Part shown: piece after piece, positions 17,410 to 26,812 of the stretch
Numbering within the stretch: position 1 is the stretch's first letter
Layout: each line of letters opens with the position of its first letter
DNA from: Verrucomicrobiota bacterium
GTDB taxonomy: Bacteria > Verrucomicrobiota > Verrucomicrobiia > Limisphaerales > CANJXF01
Assembly: GCA_038214755.1 (NCBI GenBank)
Contig: JBBQRQ010000069.1
Span: forward strand, 1 to 26,812
Length of the DNA: 26,812 nt
Direction of reading: 5' to 3'
Notes under the pieces: generated by a model
What the model was told of the DNA's origin: nothing
The model's database searches: none
The model's input: only the letters and a program-made list of their open reading frames with translations
Translations under genes and position numbers: made by a program

Positions 17410-17626
17410 AAGAAATTACTTTCCAAGCAGGCAGCGCTCTTGTCAAAAAAACAATGTCGCCCGTGTGCAATTCATTCTCCCGCTAAAGTTCGAGCCGAGG
17501 GCGGATGCTACTTCACTTCGATGTTCAGTGTTGGATGTTGGATGTTAATTCTTTTCCAAACATTGAACGCGCGGGGTAGCACCCGTCTCGCGGGTTTGAA
17601 TTCGGCACCGGGCCGAATCCTTCAAC

Positions 17627-18607
17627 TTATTTCTCCACCGTCACATCACCGCCAATGATTCGTTCCAGCCGCCCATGCTGCGTCCGCAACAAAAGCGCGC
17701 CATCGGAATCCAGCGATTCGGCCTGTCCTTGAATCGCCCGCCCGCCAATTCGAATCGTCACATTATGTCCAATCGTCGTGCAGTACTGCTCCCATTCGTT
17801 GGCGACACTTTCAAATTGGCCGTCGCAAATTCGCGCGTAATCGGAATCCAGTTCAGCAAGAATCGCGGCGGCAAGTTCGGCGCGATTGATGGCGCGACCC
17901 GTTTCAATTTTCAACGACGTGGCGAGCTTGCGAACGTCCGCGGGAAATTCGCTCGCATTCAGATTCACATCCACGCCAATGCCGAGAATCAAATATTTCA
18001 CACGATCCAATTCAGCGGAAAGCTCCGTGAGAATTCCGGCCACTTTTTTTCCGCGAATCAAAATATCGTTCGGCCATTTTATTTCAGGCGAAAGATTGGT
18101 TTGCAAACGAATCGCGCGCGCCAAAGCCGTCGCGGAGGCAACGGTCAATTGCGTGGCGGCTTGCGGGCGAATTTCTGGTCGGAGCAAAACAGAAAACCAC
18201 AGTCCTTTGCTCGCGGGGGAAATCCATTTCCGACCGAGTCGCCCCCGGCCCTTCGTCTGCGATTCCGCGAAAACAACCACCCCTTCTTTCACGTCATCGC
18301 GCGCGAGTTTTTCGATGACATCATTCGTCGAAGTGGTTTCCTGGAAAACGCGGATGTCGCGCCCGACGATTTTTACATCAGGCAAAAGCGAACGCAAATC
18401 GTCCGCGTGCAAAACGTCCGGCACGCTGACGAGCCGATAGCCGAGATGCGGGCTGGCCGCGATGTCGTAGCCGAGCGAACGCAGTTCCTCGATGCGCGCC
18501 CAGATCGCGGCGCGGCTCACGCCAAGTTTTTGGGAAAGGTCCGCGCCGGAAACCGCGCCGTCTTTTTCCGCACGAAGCGCTGTTAAAATTTCTGCGTCCA
18601 GATTCAC
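17627..18607 (-). CDS. birA: Bifunctional biotin-protein ligase/repressor
   Basis: N-terminal HTH (SGADLSQKLGVSRAAIW), STND, QTKGRGRLGRKW and KWPNDI..GKKVAGIL. Confidence 0.96.
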   Translation of the reverse strand: MNLDAEILTALRAEKDGAVSGADLSQKLGVSRAAIWARIEELRSLGYDIAASPHLGYRLVSVPDVLHADDLRSLLPDVKIVGRDIRVFQETTSTNDVIEKLARDDVKEGVVVFAESQTKGRGRLGRKWISPASKGLWFSVLLRPEIRPQAATQLTVASATALARAIRLQTNLSPEIKWPNDILIRGKKVAGILTELSAELDRVKYLILGIGVDVNLNASEFPADVRKLATSLKIETGRAINRAELAAAILAELDSDYARICDGQFESVANEWEQYCTTIGHNVTIRIGGRAIQGQAESLDSDGALLLRTQHGRLERIIGGDVTVEK

Positions 18608-18640
18608 AAATCAATTTCGTCGAAACATAGCGAAGGTAAT

Positions 18641-18743
18641 TAGTGGAGCAGGCTTCCAGCCTGTTTTCGCGGGCATCCTGCCCGCGTAACAACAAGCCAC
18701 GGGCTGGAAGCCCGCGACGGCAGACAGGATGTCTGCCCCACTA
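18641..18743. repeat. REP-like nested hairpin pair
   Basis: GTGGAGCAGGCTTCCAGCCTG...GCGGGCATCCTGCCCGC versus CGGGCTGGAAGCCCG...CAGACAGGATGTCTGCCCCAC. Confidence 0.75.
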
Positions 18744-18778
18744 TTTTATCTCCCTCCGGACGATCGGTTTTTCCAAAA

Positions 18779-19633
18779 TCAAAACTCGAAGTCCAACGCA
18801 ACATCCACCGCGCGCGCCGAATGCGTCAGCGCGCCGACCGAAATAAAATCGACGCCTGTTTTCGCAATCGCGCGGACGGTTTTCAAATTCACTCCGCCGC
18901 TCGCTTCCAGTTTCGCGCGGCCTGCGACCCATTTCACAAGCGCGCGCATTTCTGCGAGACTCATGTTGTCCAAAAGAATGATGTCCGCTCCGCCTTGCAC
19001 GGCGTCGATAACTTGTGCGGCAGTGTCCGCTTCAACTTCCACTTTCAGCTTGGGAAATTTTTTGCGCGCGCGACGAACGGCGGCCTCAATCGCGTTTGGC
19101 TTTTCATTTCGCAATGCGACGAGGTGATTGTCCTTGATCAAAACCATGTCGAATAAACCGATGCGATGATTCTGTCCGCCGCCGCAGGCGACTGCGTATT
19201 TTTCCAGCAGCCGCAGGCCCGGCGTCGTTTTGCGCGTATCCAGAATTTTCGCGCGGGTTCCTTCGACCGCTTCGACAAATTGCGCCGTCAAAGTCGCGAT
19301 GCCCGAAAGCCGCTGCACAAAATTCAACGCGACCCGCTCCGCCATAAGAATTCCTCGCGCCCCACCGGAAATTTCCAAAAGCGTTTCGCCCTTTTTTACT
19401 TTCTCTCCGTCTTTCGCTACTTTTTTGATCCGCAGTTTTGGAGACACTCTGCGAAAAACTTTTTCCGCGACACCCAGACCACAAACCACCAAACTTTCAC
19501 GCGCCACCATTTTCGCTGACGCTTGAATATTTTTCGGGACCGTCGCCAGCGTCGTCACATCGCCCCTGCCCACATCTTCCTCCAGCGCGGCGCGCACGAT
19601 GGATTGGATTACTATTTTTGGCGGAAGTTTCAT
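18779..19633 (-). CDS. nadC: Nicotinate-nucleotide pyrophosphorylase (carboxylating)
   Basis: Motifs ALEEDVGRGDVTT, ERVALNF, DTRKTTPGLR, LIKDNH and EASGG. ATG at 19633. Confidence 0.97.
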   Translation of the reverse strand: MKLPPKIVIQSIVRAALEEDVGRGDVTTLATVPKNIQASAKMVARESLVVCGLGVAEKVFRRVSPKLRIKKVAKDGEKVKKGETLLEISGGARGILMAERVALNFVQRLSGIATLTAQFVEAVEGTRAKILDTRKTTPGLRLLEKYAVACGGGQNHRIGLFDMVLIKDNHLVALRNEKPNAIEAAVRRARKKFPKLKVEVEADTAAQVIDAVQGGADIILLDNMSLAEMRALVKWVAGRAKLEASGGVNLKTVRAIAKTGVDFISVGALTHSARAVDVALDFEF

Positions 19634-19722
19634 CCCGCGAAAAAAATAGAAGCGCACTTCCTAATTGGAAACAAAATCTTTCCTAGACAAAAATTGCATC
19701 CAGCCGCGTCATTCCTCAAAGC

Positions 19723-20235
19723 ATGGCCGCGCCTCTCAATCTGGAGCGTCTTTATGACGAACATTCGCAGGCGCTGTTTGCGTTTCTCCTGAATTTCACC
19801 CGCAACGAAACTGACACGCGCGATCTGCTTCAGGAAATTATCGTCAAGCTCGCGCGCCAGCCCGCGTTGCTCGACGGCGTTCGGGAGGAACGCCATTTTC
19901 TCCTCCGGCTCGCGCACAATTCGGCGATTGATTTGATGCGGCGACGCGGCACGCGCGAAAAAAATTACGCGCAACTCGCCGAAGAAATTCGTTCCGTCTT
20001 CGCCCCCAGCGTTGATCCCGACGAACAATCATTTCGCGAAGCCTTGGCAAATGCGTTGGGAGAATTGCCGCACGAACAACGCGCCGTCGTGCATTTGAAA
20101 CTTTGGGAAGGGCTGACCTTTGAGCAAATCGCCGATGCGTTGGAAATTCCGCTCAACACCGCCGCGAGCCGGTATCGCTATGGCTTAGACAAATTGCGCG
20201 AGCGGCTGCGTCCACTTTACGAGGAAATAAAATGA
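19723..20235 (+). CDS. ECF-type RNA polymerase sigma factor
   Basis: Region 2 (DLLQE...AHNSAIDLMRRR) and region 4 (LPHEQRAVVHLK..EGLTFEQIADALEIPLNTAASR). Confidence 0.92.
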   Translation: MAAPLNLERLYDEHSQALFAFLLNFTRNETDTRDLLQEIIVKLARQPALLDGVREERHFLLRLAHNSAIDLMRRRGTREKNYAQLAEEIRSVFAPSVDPDEQSFREALANALGELPHEQRAVVHLKLWEGLTFEQIADALEIPLNTAASRYRYGLDKLRERLRPLYEEIK

Positions 20236-20253
20236 AAAGTATCGTATCTCCCT

Positions 20254-20319
20254 GTAGCAGCCGACGTGAGAAGGCTCATTCTGATTTTTTAGTCAGAGCC
20301 TCGTCACCTCGGCTGCGAC
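20254..20319. repeat. GTAG-type REP inverted pair between the sigma and anti-sigma genes
   Basis: GTAGCAGCCGACGTGAGAAGGCTC versus GAGCCTCGTCACCTCGGCTGCGAC. Related to 5701-5768. Confidence 0.8.
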
Positions 20320-20328
20320 GAAATAATT

Positions 20329-20742
20329 ATGAACTCCGACGATTTTGAAAAACGAATTGAGCGACAAACCTTTCACAAGGTTCCAGAAAACTGGCGGCAA
20401 GAAATTTTAGGCGCGGCGAAAACGGAATCCGTTCAACGATCATTCGCACCCAACCCTCAACCAACTTCCTGGTGGCGCGAATTACTCTGGCCGTGTCCTC
20501 AGGCGTGGACTGGTTTGGCGGCAGTTTGGATCGTGATTCTGGCAACAAGTTTCACGGCACGGGAACCGAAAATAAAAATGGTAAAGGTGCCGCCGCCATC
20601 CCCGGAATTCAGAATAGCTATGAAAGAACAACGTCGTTTGTATTTGGAATTAGTAGGACTGCTTCCCCGCGAAAAAGAATCCATCCAACCGACTGCGCCC
20701 GGTCCACGAAGCAAGCGCGACGAAGACTTTCAAATTGTATGA
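20329..20742 (+). CDS. Single-TM protein, putative anti-sigma factor
   Basis: It follows the ECF gene. Sequence pattern DFEKRI...P..WR.EIL, then WWRELLWP.P.AW.GLAAVW and a TM segment. Confidence 0.7.
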   Translation: MNSDDFEKRIERQTFHKVPENWRQEILGAAKTESVQRSFAPNPQPTSWWRELLWPCPQAWTGLAAVWIVILATSFTAREPKIKMVKVPPPSPEFRIAMKEQRRLYLELVGLLPREKESIQPTAPGPRSKRDEDFQIV

Positions 20743-22514
20743 ATATGAAACCCTATTTCCGGGAAGCCTGGAACGAACCGCGTCGATTCTGTTTGTGGCT
20801 GGTGCTGCTTTCGCTGGTAGGACTGGGGATCGCGTTCATCCTCGAACAAAAGTCTGATTTTTCTCCGCCGCGCTGGTTGCTGATCGTTGGTTTGCTTTCC
20901 CTTGTCGGCTGCGTGTTGGGTTTCGTTTTAGGCGTCTTGGGCTTCATCCTTTCGTGGATACCCGCAATCTATCGTTTGGAAGTTCGATTATTGCGCCGCC
21001 GGTTCTTTGTGGTGGCGTGCTTGATAACGTTTATTGCGCTGCTCAACGCCGAAGAAAATTGGCGCGGCAAACGGGCCTGGGAAAACTTCAAACACGAATG
21101 GGAAGCAAAAGCTGAACGGTTTGATCTCGTCAGCTTCATTCCACCGCCTGTGCCGGACGATCAGAATTTCGCGCTGACCCCGTTGTTAAAGCCACTCTAC
21201 GATTTCACACGCGGAACCAATGGACTGCAATGGAACGACACCAATGGCGTGAAGCATATCGAGCACGTCCGCGCTGACCTAGGCTCTGAAAACAGAAAGA
21301 ATCGCCTCACCACTGGCAGCTTGGAGAAAGGCTCGTTTACCGATTTTAACGAGTGGAAAGATTTCTATTTAGGAAACACCAATTATCCGCACCCGACAAT
21401 ATCGGGAACAGCCGCTGAAGATGTTTTATTCGCGTTGGGAAAATTCAACCAGGAAATGAAGGAACTGAGCGAAGCCGCAATCACCCGTCCGTCCTCGCGA
21501 TTTCCGATTCAATACCACCACGAGCCACCCAGCGACATTCTGCTCCCGCATCTCACGCACATGAAAGGGCTTTGTTTTCTGTTTCAATTAAGAGCGGTAG
21601 CTCGACTCGAAGCGGGTCAAACAGAAGACGCTTTTCAGGATTTGAAAGTTGGATTTCGTCTGTCCGATTCGATTCGCGACGAGCCACTCCTCATCGATCA
21701 TCTCGTTCGCCTGTCGATGTGTTCCATCAATCTTCAAACGTTGCGCGAAGGTCTGGTTCGCCACGCGTGGAGCGATGCGCAATTGGCCGAGCTTGAAAAA
21801 TATCTTGGCTCATTGGATTTGCTGTCGGAATTGAAACAAGCCATGCGCGGTGAACGCGCCTTCAACGTGGCGGGAATTGATTTTATCCGAAGGCAAGGAA
21901 TTCTAGCCGATCAAACGACATACTTGGAGGAAGATGGCGGCGCGCAGCAAACGGATTTTGGTTTTGGTTTCATGCCCAGCGGTTGGCTCTACCAAAACAT
22001 GCTCACCATTGCCCAAATGCACCAGCAGTTCACCATTGCCGTCGCTGATGAAAAACAGCATCGCGTTTTTCCTGACGTTGCGAGGGCTAACACTGAAACT
22101 GTGGAAGCGCTATTCCACAAGTGGTCGCCGCATAACATATTCGCACGGCTCATGTTTCCTGCCTTTGGCAAAACCGGACAGAAGTCCGGGCGCTTTCAAA
22201 CGTTCGTTGACGCAGCGCGTATCGCTTGTGCTTTGGAACGTTATCGACTGACGGACGGGAGTTTTCCAGAGAAGCTCGACGCGCTTGTCCCGCAGTTCAT
22301 GGAAAAACTTCCCAACGATGTCATCGACGGAAAACCGTTGCGCTACCGGCCGGACAACGGCGGAGGATACATCCTCTATTCAATCGGCTGGAACCAGACT
22401 GACGACGATGGCGAAATCGGTTTCGGCAAAGGCAAAAAACCGTCGGTGGATCCGACCAAAGGCGATTGGGTTTGGGTGATGTCAGGGGACAAAGTGCGCC
22501 GCAAAACCAATTGA
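20739..22514 (+). CDS. Membrane-anchored protein with a C-terminal GspG/pseudopilin-like segment
   Basis: ATGA overlap with the preceding stop and three N-terminal TM segments. The C-terminus reads ALERYRL..G.FPEKLDALVP...P.D..DGKPLRY...YILYSIG.N..DD.G. Confidence 0.7.
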   Translation: MNMKPYFREAWNEPRRFCLWLVLLSLVGLGIAFILEQKSDFSPPRWLLIVGLLSLVGCVLGFVLGVLGFILSWIPAIYRLEVRLLRRRFFVVACLITFIALLNAEENWRGKRAWENFKHEWEAKAERFDLVSFIPPPVPDDQNFALTPLLKPLYDFTRGTNGLQWNDTNGVKHIEHVRADLGSENRKNRLTTGSLEKGSFTDFNEWKDFYLGNTNYPHPTISGTAAEDVLFALGKFNQEMKELSEAAITRPSSRFPIQYHHEPPSDILLPHLTHMKGLCFLFQLRAVARLEAGQTEDAFQDLKVGFRLSDSIRDEPLLIDHLVRLSMCSINLQTLREGLVRHAWSDAQLAELEKYLGSLDLLSELKQAMRGERAFNVAGIDFIRRQGILADQTTYLEEDGGAQQTDFGFGFMPSGWLYQNMLTIAQMHQQFTIAVADEKQHRVFPDVARANTETVEALFHKWSPHNIFARLMFPAFGKTGQKSGRFQTFVDAARIACALERYRLTDGSFPEKLDALVPQFMEKLPNDVIDGKPLRYRPDNGGGYILYSIGWNQTDDDGEIGFGKGKKPSVDPTKGDWVWVMSGDKVRRKTN

Positions 22515-22633
22515 AGCACGCCGCAAATCTCACTACGTTGCGCGCGTGAACGTTGTTCCAGACGCGTTTAAAACATTTCAATCACTGCTGAATGGACACG
22601 AACCAATACGAATTCGTTTAACGCAAAGACGCG

Positions 22634-22667
22634 AAAGCGGCCTTCGGAGACGAAGGCCGCTTTTTTT
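22634..22667 (+). terminator. Intrinsic terminator, possibly bidirectional
   Basis: Perfect 13-bp stem AAAGCGGCCTTCG-GAGA-CGAAGGCCGCTTT running into a T7 tract, between convergent genes. Confidence 0.8.
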
Positions 22668-22682
22668 CCGACGGGCTGAAAT

Positions 22683-23113
22683 TTATTTTGCCCGGATTAC
22701 TTCCCGTATTTCACTGGCTTGTCGTGCAGCGCCAGCAATGTGCTTCTGCTGAAAGTCCTCGAAGTGCGCACAAAGCATTTGCCGCACAACAATGCCTCCT
22801 TGGCTATGGCAGACGAAAATGATGCGGTCTTTCGCCAATGGCGCTGGAGGTTCTGTGGGAGTTCGCAAGTTGGCGAGAACTTCATCCGCAGCCGCCCGAA
22901 CGTCATAAAGTCCAGCGCCGATGCGACATAGCCAGCAGCAAATATGGCCGGGTCTTGAAATTGAGGGTCATCCTTCACCATCTCCGGCCAGTAGGTCTTG
23001 GCTTTCTTGTTGCGCCAACACGCGTCGCTGTCGGACAGAATCCCATGCACGAAGATGAACACTGTTCGTGACGTGCTCTTGTGAACCCAAGTGTTGTTGT
23101 TTACCGCAGACAT
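22683..23113 (-). pseudogene. Frameshifted, truncated alpha/beta-hydrolase (DUF676/PGAP1-like)
   Basis: MSAVNNN...IFVHGILS...W..YWP. A frameshift near 22920-22928 leads into IGAGLYDV...IIFVCHSQGGIVVR (nucleophile elbow). It ends after ~140 aa. Confidence 0.75.
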
Positions 23114-23124
23114 TCGCGTCTCCG

Positions 23125-24337
<1,213 letters not shown>

Positions 24338-24496
24338 CTCAGGGTTCTCCTTTGAAGGCGTCGGCAACCAAGCCCGTGGCGAAGGTCGTCGCCGATGGAA
24401 AATAAAAAGTCGCAGGCGGCCATGATTTCGCAGATTTCGTTCACCGAAGCATCGTCTCAAAACCGACGATGGAAAGCAACGACCAAGAAGGAACAA

Positions 24497-24541
24497 TGCT
24501 CCCTATAAGCCGTGGAGCAAAAGCCCGTGTGCCGATAAGCT
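24497..24541 (+). promoter_or_regulatory. Candidate C-box/operator and leaderless promoter of the C-R operon
   Basis: TGCTCC-N11-GGAGCA inverted repeat, the direct repeats CCTATAAGC/CCGATAAGC, and a -10-like TAAGCT 7 nt before the GTG. Confidence 0.5.
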
Positions 24542-24548
24542 GCCCGCC

Positions 24549-24800
24549 GTGAAAAATCGGAAGCTTACTTTGCTGGGGCAGCAAATCCGCCGCCTGCGTG
24601 AGGAGAAGAATCTTTCGCAAGAGGAGTTTGCCGGCCTCGCTGACATTGACCGCGCCTATTTCGGAGGAATCGAACGAGGCGAAAGAAATGTTGCGACTCT
24701 CAACCTCATCAAGATTGCTGATGCGTTGAACATTGAAGTCGGAAAATTGTTCCCCACCCTCTCAGCACTTCGCCGCGCCGGAAAGGGAGGGTCTGAATGA
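24549..24800 (+). CDS. XRE-family HTH protein, probable R-M controller (C) protein
   Basis: LGQQIRRLREEKNLSQEEFAGLADIDRAYFGGIERGERNVATLNLIKIADAL. ATGA-coupled to the nuclease-like gene. Confidence 0.85.
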   Translation: MKNRKLTLLGQQIRRLREEKNLSQEEFAGLADIDRAYFGGIERGERNVATLNLIKIADALNIEVGKLFPTLSALRRAGKGGSE

Positions 24801-25351
24801 ACGGTGAAACGCTTCGGCTCGGAATCTTTGCGCTTCGGACACGCCGCTTCGGATCAGTTGCTGAATGCATGGTCGAGCGCCTTCAAAAATGCGGGAAAGC
24901 CAAAAATCTATTCCATGACCTCTTTCACGAAGACGATGGTGAAATTGAAGTGAAATTCTCGACGGTGCAGCAAAAGGCTAAACACACAGTCAGCCTTGAA
25001 ACGGTCCTTAAGTGCATTGAAGACGCGATTTCGGAGAGAGAACCTGTGCCGTTTTCCGCATGGCAGAACTACAAATTTGACTGCAACATTCAACAAGTGA
25101 AGCGACGGTTTTTCAAAGTTCTTTACTATGGTTTGTTTTTCTCCGATTGCGTGCAGATTTTCCGAATCAACATCTCTGAGATTAAGACACGCGTAGAAGG
25201 TGGCAACATCGGTTATTCAGACAAGCAACACAAAGGCAACGTTGGCGAAGGACAGTTCCATGTCACGGAGAAGAACATCCAGACTCATCTGGAAAAATAC
25301 CATCACAAGACCTTAACCTACGAAGACCTTTACAAACTTCTTGTCGGCTAA
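24797..25351 (+). CDS. Putative type II restriction endonuclease (PD-(D/E)XK-like)
   Basis: HD...EIEVK motif. It lies between the C gene and a convergent methyltransferase, in lower-GC sequence. Confidence 0.7.
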   Translation: MNGETLRLGIFALRTRRFGSVAECMVERLQKCGKAKNLFHDLFHEDDGEIEVKFSTVQQKAKHTVSLETVLKCIEDAISEREPVPFSAWQNYKFDCNIQQVKRRFFKVLYYGLFFSDCVQIFRINISEIKTRVEGGNIGYSDKQHKGNVGEGQFHVTEKNIQTHLEKYHHKTLTYEDLYKLLVG

Positions 25352-26385
25352 CCAAAGAGAACAGGCTGCCCTATATCTTCGTTTGAGGCATCGCCGATGG
25401 GATGAACAATTTCTTGTGGCTCTGGGTCGCCAACCAATCGTTTCAATTCATCGTCTTCCATGATTTCGACAGCGAAAGGATTGCTGTTTTGCCAGCCGGT
25501 TCTTCCCGTTGCCCGAAATAGTTCGAGCCGACGAATGGCTATCTCGCAGTAAACAGGGTCGATATCCATTGTTAAGCAACGCCGTCCCAGCATTTCGGCA
25601 GAAATTAAGGTCGCACCTGAGTGGCAAAAGAAATCAACAACTACGTCACTTTTGCATGAGCTTGCCTGAATAATGCGCTCACAAGATTTCAACGGTTTCT
25701 GCGCATAACACCCGTTGACATTCTCCACCATGCGATAGAACACCTGCTGAATATCAACCCAGACATTTCCAGCCCGGATATTCTCAGACTTGCTCCGCTG
25801 AAAGTTGTCCGTGACAACCCCGTTCACTTCTTTGTAGTAACCTCGCAAGATTTTCGGAATATCCGTGTATTCGGCCTCCACATTAAATTGCGGGTTACCA
25901 CGAGTGTAATAAAGCAGTTCCTGGCGCACAGCCATCCAGTTTTTCTGAGTTCCATATCCGCGCTGGTTTCGCATTGTGAGGAAGGAACGCGGCAGAAAAC
26001 CCGTGCTCCTCATCATGATCATGAAATCAGGCAGCGGCTGAAACCCTTCTCGTTGATCCGCACCCATCCAAACATACAGTGCGGCATCTTTTTCCAAAAT
26101 TGACTCGGTGTTAAGTATCCACTTGCGACACCACTCAATAAATTCGCCAATGCTCCGCTTTTCAAATGCGATGAGATTGTATGGTGGGTCATGCAAGGCG
26201 AGGCGTGCCTTTTGGCCTTGCGCTAGCTTTTGAACATCCTCACGAACACTTGCATCAAGGCAACCAATCCGGTGTTTGCCGGTTGGGTCTTCCCAAATGT
26301 CCCCACGACGAATCCGACAATGCTTTAGCAGAGCAGTTCGGAGTTCTGGCACATCATCAAGCCGTGGCAGAGGGTGATTTTGCAT
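25348..26385 (-). CDS. Beta-class amino (m6A/m4C) DNA methyltransferase
   Basis: DPPY precedes QKP...ERII..SS...VVDFFCHSGAT (variant SAM motif). Its stop codon overlaps the nuclease stop. Confidence 0.92.
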   Translation of the reverse strand: MQNHPLPRLDDVPELRTALLKHCRIRRGDIWEDPTGKHRIGCLDASVREDVQKLAQGQKARLALHDPPYNLIAFEKRSIGEFIEWCRKWILNTESILEKDAALYVWMGADQREGFQPLPDFMIMMRSTGFLPRSFLTMRNQRGYGTQKNWMAVRQELLYYTRGNPQFNVEAEYTDIPKILRGYYKEVNGVVTDNFQRSKSENIRAGNVWVDIQQVFYRMVENVNGCYAQKPLKSCERIIQASSCKSDVVVDFFCHSGATLISAEMLGRRCLTMDIDPVYCEIAIRRLELFRATGRTGWQNSNPFAVEIMEDDELKRLVGDPEPQEIVHPIGDASNEDIGQPVLFG

Positions 26386-26407
26386 AACAATTATTCTATT
26401 AACAGAC

Positions 26408-26812
<405 letters not shown>

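Noticed and set aside
17675..18586. 303-aa plus-strand ORF
   Set aside because: It is an antisense shadow of birA with no recognisable motifs.
20472..20738. Upstream start of the 680-aa ORF
   Set aside because: It overlaps the anti-sigma gene. The ATGA-coupled start at 20739 is more plausible.

Overview
This is a chromosomal window from a bacterium that looks like a Pedosphaera-type Verrucomicrobium. The taxon is inferred from gene content, the style of the secreted proteins and the repeat families. From left to right it contains: the 5' part of topB; an orphan DUF433 gene; a DUF2071-like gene; a cobalamin riboswitch leading an unknown secreted protein; a small 2-TM membrane protein; a DUF1800-DUF1501-DNRLRE-like operon; a decayed toxin-antitoxin relic; a CpxAR-like two-component system with a divergent EF-hand protein; a large secreted Ig-domain protein; birA and nadC; and an ECF sigma / anti-sigma / membrane-protein cassette. 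The window ends in a thiC-3'-end locus. There, a C-protein/endonuclease/methyltransferase cassette lies between two ~90%-identical copies of the thiC 3' end, no integrase is visible, and a decayed hydrolase lies beyond the second copy. Most intergenic spaces hold REP-like palindrome pairs. The best leads are: (1) apparent recombinase-free cassette capture at thiC; (2) a shared 25-bp operator linking the EF-hand gene and the DUF1800/DUF1501 operon to the two-component system; (3) a shared 'FYRL' terminal domain with a strong Thr-Asn bias in four secreted proteins; (4) a compact B12 riboswitch controlling an uncharacterised surface protein. All counts were made by hand.
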